Positions 13,370 to 23,668 of a DNA stretch of 64,000 bases are shown here, in pieces (within the stretch, counting starts at the first letter, position 1; every line of letters starts with the position of its first letter). The translations under genes and the position numbers were made by a program. The stretch comes from Takakia lepidozioides (taxonomy: Eukaryota; Plantae; Bryophyta), in the NCBI GenBank assembly GCA_030704615.1, contig CM060732.1, forward strand, positions 57,784,001-57,848,000, written 5' to 3'. The notes beneath the pieces are model-generated. The model made no database searches. It saw only the letters and a program-made list of their open reading frames with translations, and was not told the origin of the DNA.

Positions 13370-14103
13370 GGCAGTATCCGGATGAAGGCATTTGCCTTCT
13401 GGACTTGTTTGGCGGGATCAACACCAGATTGGCTGCTGTGCTACAGGTAGGTGTAGGAGTTCGGCGTTACCCGTATGTGGAGAGGGATGAGACTGCACGA
13501 CGTGTTTCACTTCGCCATGTTGCTCAGTTGGTGCAGCAATACCCTGAGTTGTTGCCGGTGTCTGCAGTTCGTGGATATCAGCAGGCTTTGCCAGCAGACA
13601 TTTCGTTGCTGGGGGCGCAGGATTTGGAGCGGGTTGGCTCCATTGATCTGGTAGTGGCAGGTTGGTCCTGCCAAGGGCATTCATCAGCCAGACATGGCAA
13701 TGGATTGCGAGACTCAAGGTCGGGTCTGTTTTGGGAGATGGTGCGGGTTTTGAGCCACTTGCAGTTTCATCAAGCTGTATCTCCAGCATACATCTTGGAG
13801 AATGTGCCACTGATGGGCGATTCTCGGGCCAGGGTGATGGCCAGTGTGCATTAAGTCCGGTCGTGGCTTGGGTCAGCAGTGTTGCTAGATGTAGTTGCAG
13901 TGGGGTCACGGGCTCATCGTCCACGGCTATGGTGGACTAACTTGATGCCACCCGTGCTGCTCAAGAGTGCATTGAATGGGGTGCAGCGGCCAGCACACCT
14001 CACAGTGGATAGCATTTTGGACACAGGGAGGCAGTCTCAACGTGTGAGACACAATGACTGTTCGCCTTTGGCAGTGGTCAACAGGGTGGGTCAACCACGA
14101 GGG
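13370..14103 (+). pseudogene. DNA (cytosine-5)-methyltransferase domain within the retrotransposon pol, C-terminally truncated
   Basis: Motif I LLDLFGGI; motif II YVE; motif IV DLVVAGW[S]CQG; RSGLFWE; motif VI ILENV; motif VIII AHRPRLWWTN. One in-frame TAA at 13852-13854. Confidence 0.9.
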
Positions 14104-14500
14104 ATGCTAATCCGTGAGCGGCTCACGTGAGCGGAAAGATTCGTGAGCGAGAAGATGCTCATCCGTGAGCGGAAAGATGCTAATGGTTGAGGATGATTGT
14201 CACCGCGCGGGCCTATAACCGTGGATGAGAAAACCCCGGGAGACCTGTATCTCGAGGGAAAAGATGCATACAACCAGGTAGTAGTTTGCAACTTTGTAGA
14301 AGAGACATTGTGCGCATGTAGATGAATGTTGGATGAATATTTGATGCATTCTGGATGAACTCTGGATGAACGTAACATTGAATTTGGATGAACGTTGGTA
14401 CACCGATGGATGGATGAATGCATGAATGCATGGATGAATAATTGACAACAAGATGGATGTCGAGTGCCTATATTGTGGATGCCTCAAATATGGATGAATG
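14103..14500. repeat. Short-motif repeat cluster (CGTGAGCG x4; GGATGAA/GATGAA many) at the junction between the two elements
   Basis: cgtgagcg(g/a) occurs four times in 14113-14172, and ggatgaa recurs through 14320-14500. Confidence 0.7.
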
Positions 14501-14975
14501 GAGAAACAAGATGAAGGAAGTTATGAAGAGAAGAATAGGTCTAGAGGCACACACCGGATTCAAATCAAACAACTCGGTACTGGTTTATTGATAGATAGTT
14601 TGAAAAGAAATGGATCATTTCGAACAAGAAGATGCACTGCCAGAGGAGTTTGCATCCAAAACTGAAGCACAACTATCAATGAACACCCTAGCCCTGCTAT
14701 CCACATTTCCCCTCCGGTTGCAAAGCAGAGGAGGGGGAGATGTCTGGAGAGCAAATGCTTTGGCTGCAGCCTCCACATAACATGGCAATTCAAGAAGGGG
14801 GGGCAGACTAGGATAGAAATCCGGGTTCGAAAATAAAGGGAGGAACCTTGGCGATCTTAGGCTCCTGCAAAAACATCCCAAAGTTTCATGAGCATCCCCC
14901 ATTCTCACATGACAGTGGAGGCCCAACTAAAGAAGCAAAAGCTGACAAAGAAGAACGTAAAAAAATGGTGTAGAC

Positions 14976-17900
14976 TTACTCACAATCAAAATCGTCGTCA
15001 ATGTCGGCCATGTCTTTGTGTTCCACGGCCACTGTTGCAAGCGCCGCATCTGTTTGCGTGCCTGAACTCGAGCCCTCATGGAGAGGAGCTATCACCTCAT
15101 TGTAGAGGTTGGCATCGCCCTCAAAGGCGAACAGATGCCTTTCTGCTGCCTTGCAGGCACGAAATGAAGCCCCTACATGCAAAACCGATCAATGAGGAAA
15201 GAGGAAGGCGTGCCTGCAATCCAAAAAGAACAGCAAATGAAGGCAGAACATTGCGAGACTGTCAGTGCAAACCACAAACTTGTTCCAAGAGTGAGATCAA
15301 CAACCCGGGACCCTTGGACACTGCAGGACTCAATGACAGTCTGCATGAAGGCCGGATTCTTCTCCATGGCTCTCCGGACGCCCGCAACACTATAAGTGAT
15401 GCATCTACGTAGTTATAGATAAAATCATCATCCACCGGATCGCAAGAGGAGTCAACACGCGCCCCCCCCTTCAGGACTTCGAACTCCTTCACGGAAGATG
15501 GTGTGGATGGGTGGCATTCTCTTACAAGACAGTGTGCGTCGAAAGCGCACGAGTCTGCACGATTAAAACAGGGAAGACACTGGAGTGGGCACCGAAGCCA
15601 GGGCTGGGGAAAGACTAATGAAAACACTTGCACTATGCTTGCGTCAACGCAAAGATAGTAGGGGAGAAGGACAGGCAAAAATTGGAAACAGACGAGTCAA
15701 AACCGTAGTGACATTTCTGGAGGGTTGAAAGCAAACGATGAAATGAGAATCTACCTTCTGGCGTGGGAAGTCCCCCTTTTTGAGTGGCAAGCTGTTAACC
15801 CTATTCCAACTTTCAATCACCTTCATTCCACCTGACTTGAGGAAACTGACGAGCTGGCGCCGACACTTTGAATTGGCTGCTTGGAGGATGAGCAGACAAC
15901 CATTGTCAGCCAAGGAATGCCCACAGAATCTGAAGACCCAAGGCCAGTAGCGATCATCCCATGCATTCCAGGCGGGAGTCACACCCATCAAAGGAATGTC
16001 GGGGACTGGAAGCCCGTCAGGAATATCCACAACTACGAGCTCGCATGCAAAGGGTTTCTTCTCCCCGTTCACCTAGGATGGACCTTTGGCAGCCTTCACA
16101 TCCAACAAAGAAAGCATACCTACTTAGAAGACCTGCAAACAGTCTTCAAATCTACATACACATAAGCTGGAAGAGATAATGAATTTACCAGAGTGAAGAA
16201 TGACGATAGTGTCTCCCAAGTCGGAGACTTCTCCACGTCGGTGGCTCCTTTCCTCTGAGATGCCATCATGTCCAAGAAGCCTTCGTTCACTGTCTTGTGT
16301 TGGAATTGAGTAGCAACACCTCTCTGCCAGGGTTAGGAAGGGCCTCGTATGGCCGGTCACACTGAGCAGGCCCCTTTGACCCCCTTTGAGCCCTACCTTG
16401 TCCAGAAGCTGAAGTCTGAACGTGATTAGCCTCTTTTTCTTTTTTCCTTCTTCTGTCTTTTTTCTTCGGGCTCTGACTCACCACCGGTTCCTTTGCTTTC
16501 AAAACCCGGAGATCTCTCAACTGCAGCTGTCTATCCGTCAGAGGAGCAAGAGCCTCCGCATTGTCATTCAAGTTCCGAAGGATGTTCTCCGCCCATGGTG
16601 TGATTGATTGTTTGGGGCAATCCAGGTACAAGCCACAGTTTTTCAAATGAGATCTGCTCCAGTCCTCCAAAATACCGGCTGCGTACATAGTTGTGTCAGG
16701 ATTTGTCTTTGCCTAGCTATCGATGAAGAATGGGTAGGAGCTCATAAAACCGCCAGGCGAAAGCACTCCGTGGATATACCTGCGATGAAAGCAAACAAAA
16801 AATCACCAGAAGCCAATCACATATTGATATCAGAATAGCCAACATATCTATGCGTGTTGTGGAATAAACACATTGCAAACACAGGCTCGAATCATGTTTG
16901 CATCAACGCAAGCTTGATCCGAGGTCTGAGAGAAGTCCCCTCACCTGCACTATATGCCCTGAGAAGTCCCCTCATAGTGCCCAATGTCCGTATTCATGCT
17001 TTCGTCAACGCAAGCATGAATACGCATGCTGCATGAATACGCAAACATGAATACGTGGTGGAAATATTACATAAAATTCCACTCTTGGTCAGGCTTATGT
17101 TAATGCAAGCCTCAACCCTGGTCTGAAACCAGTCCCCTTTCCTACAACTCCAAGGACAGAAAGATTACATAAAATTAAACTCTTGGTAAAAAAAAAAAAC
17201 ACACTCTTGGTCAGGCTTGCGTTAACGCAAGCTTGAACCCTGGTTTGAAACCAGTCCCCTTTCGGAGGGGAAAAAAAAAAAAAAAAAAAAAAAAAAAAAC
17301 ATTCTTGGTCAGGCTTGCGTTAACACAAGCCTGAACCCTGGTTTGAAACCAGTTCCCTTTCCTTTTTTTTTAAAAAAAATTAGAAAAAATAAAATAAAAT
17401 AAAAAAACACATTCTTGGTCAGGCTTGTTGTGGTTTTCTTGGATTTGCACAAGTGCACAGAGTGTAGGAAGGGGACTACCACATCAAATACTGTAATCAG
17501 ACTTGCGTTAACGCAAGCCTGAACATAGAGTGCAATCGGGTCTAAAAGGAAGCAAATGCAAATGGGAATGCAGTTCCAATCTAACCTGTAATTGACTCGC
17601 TTCATTGCCTGCTCCCCATTGTACTGCGCATTGAACAGGTTAGAGCGCAGAATTCCCCCCTCTACTACGAATTCACGGAAGAAGGCATACTTCCAAACAA
17701 TCTCTTTCCACCTCCAAATGAATGTGCCAAAAGATTCATCGGGCTCAATTACCTCAATTTTGAAGTCATGAAGAGTTTGCTCCATAACTTCCAAACCCCT
17801 CTCCTCCAGCTGCCAAGACACAAGCTTGTGTTCCGATGCGTTTACAAACAATTGTAATTTCAATGCAAGTTATTGCGACGACAAAGGCAGGATGACTTCT

Positions 17901-18250
17901 GCACCTGGCACCAAAATGTCGCTTTATGGAGCCACTTGTCCCAGTCGACATCGCTGAAAGGCCCCACGAAATGAAAGTTGTTTGCCTGACAGAGGACAGG
18001 GTCGGAGTTCTAGATCTTAAGCGATCGCACCTTGTGCTTTGGTTCCACCATTGCCATTGCAAGCCTATGCCACTTCTCATGTCTCATTTCTGGCGTGCCA
18101 CTCTTGTTCCAATGGAGCCGCACCTGGTCCAGGAATCCTGCACCGAGACTAGGATCAGCTATACGAAGCTGTTTGGTGAACGTTGTGACAACGTTTTTGC
18201 GGCATAAGTCCGTTGCTTCGTTGATGGCCTGCTCAATTCCACGATAGGGA
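14976..18250 (-). pseudogene. Degenerate spliced gene ending in a beta-class N6-adenine/N4-cytosine methyltransferase-like domain; probably transposon cargo
   Basis: Exons ~18250-17905, 17809-17586, 16779-16189, 16132-15755, 15554-15280 and 15172-14976 have GT-AG borders. Motif IV-like ELVVVDIPDG precedes motif X EKNPAFMQTVIESCS, motif I VVDLTLGT(G/R)AS and RHLFAFEGD. Several stops and frameshifts. Confidence 0.72.
17081..17524. repeat. Intronic array of ~60-bp double-palindrome units separated by A-rich spacers
   Basis: Units at 17081, 17203 and 17301, with partial units at 17411 and 17497. Consensus TCAGGCTTGCGTTAACGCAAGCCTGA plus CTGGTTTGAAACCAG. Confidence 0.9.
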
Positions 18251-18261
18251 CAACTTCTCGG

Positions 18262-18871
18262 TACCTCGTGTGCATGTGCCCCCCCACTTTCGTAAGTGAA
18301 TCTTCTTCAACATCGTTCCCTCTCGAGTCTCCAACCACTACAGTCCGGGGAGAAGGGGAGAACATGTTGCCGGTAGTGGAGTCTGACTGTACAGAGGCAA
18401 TGTGGCATATAGAACGGACTCCCAAGCATCAAAAGTCAAGTGTGTCGCTATTAGGGCACCCTCGTTTCAGAAGTGCACCACCTAGATTTCGAAGGGGACA
18501 TGCAGAACTCCTGCCTCGACATTCACCAGCTTGTTCAAGCATTACATGTCGCGGGAGTCTAGGCCTCACAAGTTTTGGTTTTGCCCGGATGACATTGTGT
18601 GCTGTGTCATGGGGACTGTTCGGGATTCTGTGATAATGAAACCTCAAGTTCCAGCCGTGTGGCCAGTGAAGTTAGGACCACACTCTCCAAACTAAAAATT
18701 AACATGCTAGAGGAGGCCGAGTTTTGCCTTCTGAGAGGCCCAACTGTCGTAACGCCTGTTTCTCCAATGGCTTTCCCTTCCAACTTTCCTGCATGTCCTC
18801 AACAGGGCAAATACTATACGCATAAGGTATTGGGTAAGATCAGATCTATTGAAACTGCATGCTTGGTGTAG
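18262..18871 (+). pseudogene. Frameshifted Cys/His/Trp-rich ORF fragment, probably transposon-encoded, divergent from the MTase-like gene
   Basis: Joining frames gives VVESDCTEAMWHIERTPK...HKFWFCPDDIVCCVMG...PAVWPVK/.TTLSKLKINMLEEAEF, which looks protein-like. The family was not identified with certainty. Confidence 0.45.
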
Positions 18872-19474
18872 AGACCAGTTTAGCGGTTACTGTTAATGGA
18901 CTCTTCATCTCCCAAACCTTTGTTACAATGTTTCTCTCGTTTGTGTGCCCACTTTGACATAGGGCACCTATCAATAAATTCTTCTGGTCAGTGACCTTTT
19001 ATGATGTATCTGTCATTCACTTTTGATATGGCATGCCTTACTAGTTATTTTGAAGTAGACATCTATCCATGCTTTTCATTAAGTTCTTTTGGCGAGGACT
19101 GGGTTGCATATCGTTAAGCATTGTTTCTCTACGAACTAGTCTCTGGGAGGCTGTAGAACATTTATCCCTCATGTTTGCAAGCCTACGTAGTAAGCTTCGC
19201 ATGTCTTTCCAATAAAAGAAATTGGTTGGAGTGGGCGTGCTCATGTGATGCCGTCTCAATTCAAAAACATACAAATTATATGATGCGCTTTCCCCCACAC
19301 AGAAAGCCACTTAACGTGTGGATCAGTGGACTTGGCATGACTCAATGTCTTCCATCCATCAAAAGAGCTGGGCACTAAGACAAACAGCCATTCGCTCAAC
19401 AACTATCTAGGTAGCTCGCAGATTGTAATTGAGAAGTAGACAACTTCTATGTAGCGAAAAGACAGAAAATGGAC

Positions 19475-20035
19475 TATGACGGATTACGTTCGAAGGTTAG
19501 ACAACCAAGCTGCGTGTTGTTCCCTTCAAGGTGTTGATCTTAAGATCAACGTATGTGAAAATTTCGGAGGTAAAGCAGTACCACAGTTTGATCCCCGGTT
19601 TCCAAGTGAAAAAGGATATGTAGAGTGAAGGGGTGAAGATTAAGAGGAAAATTACACTATGCCGGAAGAAGAGTCAGATCGACAGACCGTTTGACATCAT
19701 TGAACCCACTCTACCCTGCAGTCTCTGTCTCTTGTCACATATTTCACATCCTCTTGTGTATAGTACCTTCGCCTTTACTCTCTTCCCCTCGATGGCCACC
19801 CTCCAAGATAGGAAAGGATTGAAGTGTACTGCAAGGTAACACTCCATTTTCTGGTCAACAGATGACACCGATGCTAAATTGACACCGAAGATTATAGAAA
19901 GAACTGGGAGTGTGCTATCCTCATAGTACCTCCTCTGAGACGTTTTGCAAGTAAGCCAGTAAAAAATATGGTCTTGCCAAAACAAACGTGTGACTTATGG
20001 TGTCACTCGCAGGCCCCAACCTTCCGACGAGAGGG
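19475..20035. mobile_element. 561-bp copy-2-specific segment flanked by a 5-bp direct repeat (solo-LTR-like insertion, or a microhomology deletion in copy 1)
   Basis: TGGAC at 19470-19474 and 20036-20040, versus a single TGGAC at 107-111 in copy 1. Termini are not canonical TG..CA. Confidence 0.5.
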
Positions 20036-20077
20036 TGGACATTTTTACGACATCCGGGAAGATACTTATGTACTCAC

Positions 20078-21405
20078 AACCACAAAACCCTGCATAGCTT
20101 TATAAAAAGATCCAAGTGGGGTGACTGTATAAATGGGTGTAATTGTCCCCGAGAGGAAACAACCAAAGCTCGTAGAGCTAGCTATATTAACACAAAGAAA
20201 GAAATCAAACTATTCTAATATCACCTACAGCCTGAAGAAGGTCATACAACACAACAGGAAAGATGGTGGATCAAAGAGTGCGGGGAGGCGAGATGAAGCC
20301 GCCCCAACAACCTCTGCCCCACATAAAATAGATTGAGCTTGAGTCTTTTGCAAAACAACATAAACTCGTTGTTTACAGAAAGCTAGAAGAACAAAGGCGT
20401 ATGGGCTTCCAAGGCTTTTGTTTTCTACTGCACGATGGGCACAGGTGTGAAGGAACTCGTTGAACTGATGATGCAAACAACCAAAGATCTCGACTGCCAA
20501 AGGAAGGAATGTGTCTGTGGAATGACGTGCCCGATAGTCATGCTCCTTTCCTTGCGCAACTACTGAAGCGACAACTCCTTGTGATGAGGCTGTGCAGGAG
20601 ATCCGACCTAGTAGGATCAGCGATGACAACGTCCGCCAATGTACGCAGTCCGTGAGAGAACAATGTCAACCTGTCATCGAGTGGAATGGTGATTGTGGGT
20701 CGATGGGAGTATGTGCACCTGCTCTCGAATGACATGTATCCCAACATCACGAGCAACCGCAGTTGCTGCATCTCGGATGACGTCATGGGTCACAGTGCGT
20801 TCTCCACCGCAGGGGCAACGAAGAAGATGTATGTCGAGTGAATTGAGAGGATGGCGACAAACACACTGTTGTAGTCCTTACACAGAGGGATGCGGAAGAC
20901 CTAGTCGAACTTCTAGGGAGGTGGTAAATACAGCATAAGACATACGGAAGGGTGCAATGGTTGGTCGTACCGTGAGCCACACGCCTGCTCCGGGCCATGC
21001 GCACGAGAGAAGTCTGGCCCGATGTGCATCTGAAGGAGCGTCAGAAAGCATGCTGGCAAATGAGTGTCGGTGCACGCGTTTAATGATGGTATCCTGTAAA
21101 TGCTCCAGACCTTGAGTGACCAACTGTTCAAAGGGTGGCATACAAGCCCATGCCGGTGTTGGAATGAGATCCCGCGCTAAACGAACAAAGAGCCATCGTT
21201 GATGTGGGCAACCACCTCCATGAGAAAAGGGCGTTGCTGACACAGAAACCGAGATGCCGAGGCTGGAGCGACTAAAGCCCAACTACCTAGGAAGGTAGCA
21301 GGGGCAGTGACGATTGTGGATAGTAAACCCACTCCTCCATAAGAGATCGGAAGGGTAGCGTGACGACATGCCAAGGGCCCTAGCTCACTATCAAATGCAC
21401 CTGGG
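20078..21405 (-). mobile_element. Second CRE-like RLE retrotransposon 3' fragment, degenerate
   Basis: GGVGLLST..APATFLGSWALVAP, HRARLLSCA, CPCGGERTVTHDVIRDA, LADVVIADPTR and FLPLAVEIFG are paralogous to element 189-2257. Absent from copy 1 at position 148/153. Confidence 0.87.
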
Positions 21406-22686
21406 CCACTAATGAAGTGTGACATAACCACTTGGATCTCTATTGGATATCCGCTAAGCCAATACAACTATAGAGAATTTGCAGTGCATTAATAAAAATG
21501 TCGTGGCTTCATTCACTTCTAGACAAACTGGTGGACCTGTGACCAGTCTCTTTATATCCATAGCAATGGCCACACACACTAATCCAACCATGCCCTCTGG
21601 AAACAAATCACACAAAACACGAGAAATGTGATGAAACCCTGCACGAAGCTTTGTTTGCAAACTGACAAGAGGCGACTGTACAAAGAATGAAAAGTTCCCA
21701 CAACCAGGGAAGATTTGGAAAAGTAATCGCTCTTTCACTTGTCCATGCCTCCCCTCTCTGATCAGAGACAGAAGTGAACCTGCAGCTGCCAGAAGCCACG
21801 TACGCGTATTAAGCCGCCTATGTAACTTGTTGACAGGACTAATTTGTTGCACGATGTTGTGGTCAATTGCCTCAGCCTTTAGTACTCTTATTCTGATCAT
21901 ATGATCAATGTAGTGAACATGATGTAATGCAACCCCGTTTAAGTCGCGTTTAATGATTGTCAAGCACTCAGTGGGACCGTACTGCGCCAAATCACACTTG
22001 TGTGTGTAATGCAGCATAATAGGATGCATATTATACACATTCGCACTGCATAACAGCAAAGCTGGTCCATGAATTTGGACGTGGCAGTGATACCACTGTC
22101 ATATTTGCACTGGCATTTGCTAATTTGAAGGCGACGGTCAACAGACAAAGACAGAGAAGATTTTTTAGTTGGAAGCAACATGTACAAGTGTGACTAAAAA
22201 AAGGATGAGTGTGAGGTTACAGTTTAAATGCATCAAGTCAATTTTTTCTTGGTGTTGAGAGACATGGGGGCTAAACAATCCAAATCAATGATGTGAAAAC
22301 CCATAAAAATTTGAGCTCACAAAAGTGTTCATCTGCACACAGCAAAACCATAGCTCTTTAAGGTTGCCTCTTTTACAGCAAGTAGAGACATGTAATATTT
22401 TAAAAATAAAAAATGGACAGGATGTGCGAACCAGGTAGTTTCAGTGTTGCAACTGATTGATTTAACGTGTTCCAAAAGAAATTTTGTACATAAACAAATG
22501 AATGTCATAATCTGACTAACATACTTGTGCACAGTGCACAGCATTACAGTAGACAGCGAGCTTCTACAAGTCTTTTGCTCAACATATTTTTGCGCAAATG
22601 TGCGCAAGGAGCAAATGCTAAGTAGCTGCACATCTTCTCCACGGCCTGGAACGCGCACTGGCTTGCAATGCTACAACTGCAACTGC

Positions 22687-23668
22687 TTAGGCGTTGTTGT
22701 TAGGGGTCAATGTCTTCTTCACGTTCTCGTAAGCATTGTTCAGTGCACCACCGGCCTACAAGCACAGTTCAGAAACAGTTTTTAGTAACTCAGTGTCTAG
22801 TTGATAGCTACATCGACACCGGCCGCCTGCCATAATTCACAAACACTCCACACAGCTTAGTTGTAAGCTTCATCTTAATGCCCACCAAGACGTTGCAAAG
22901 GAATTCGGTCAACTCCGTTACACATTTTCCACCACTCTGCATCTGTCCTTATTGCGATAACTTTATAGTCCCAGTATGCAGAAAAAAAAAGAAGAGTCAA
23001 GATTTATGCAGCTGATCAACTTTGGAACCGTAGCACTCATCGGCATCATCGCACAGGCTGAAGACCAAACTACCTGCTGCAAGGCGGAGCCAGTGGCATC
23101 CTTAGCTTGGGTGAGTTTGCCCTGGGAAGCCTTCGTCGCATCAGAAGCGCCTTGCTTGGTCTGGTCTAACTTTTCACCGGCAACATTTCCAGCCTCTTGA
23201 GCCTTGTTCTGGGTTGTTTCAGCTGTACTCTGCAGACACATACAAAGCGCACCGCATAAAGAAATGGGCTGTTACTTACACATCAAGGCAGACCCGCTAA
23301 GTTACTATATCTTCTGCCAATCCTGGACGGATCAGCAGCAAGCTATCATCAGCATTCCCATATTTGCTTAAGCGGCCATTGGCTGATCCTGTCTCCATCC
23401 TACTACGCGCCTGCAGTATCCATCTTCTCTTCACTATATGCAACTCTTTTCACCTAGTAAGCTAACTAGAGGCAGCGTCAGCAGAAGAATCTAAAGTTTG
23501 CACTGCATCAGAGAGATCGTTTCTAGCACGAGACAATGTATGAAGGTGGTGACTGGAGATACGAACCTTGGCGGCATCCTGAGTCTGCGAGCCGGTCTCC
23601 TGTCCAAATTGCTTAGTCTCCTCGGCCTTCTGAGCGGCGGTATCCTTGGCGTTGTCGAAGGTCGACAT
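22687..23668 (-). CDS. Group 3 LEA protein paralog, 108 aa, exons 23668-23567, 23229-23074, 22755-22687
   Basis: Same exon structure as 3490-4446; exon 2 is 33 bp shorter; last exon AGGALNNAYENVKKTLTPNNNA*. Confidence 0.88.

Larger units (their letters stand above)
7474..14103 (+). mobile_element. Truncated LTR retrotransposon (probably Ty3/gypsy): ~3 kb putative 5' LTR/leader, Gag, Zn knuckles, aspartic protease, C5 DNA methyltransferase; RT/RH/IN absent
   Basis: Gag-like ORF 10492-11547 (FQRKPTESLREAFTRM); knuckles CWTCGGPHVKKDC and CGHCGKHGH; protease RVLLDLGA; DNMT motifs downstream in the same frame. Candidate LTR end TGACA at 10471-10475; the left boundary is approximate. Confidence 0.8.

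Noticed and set aside
17081-17524. CRISPR-like array of palindromic repeats with spacers
   Set aside because: Spacers are poly-A/low complexity, units are ~60 bp, there are no cas genes, and the context is a eukaryotic intron.
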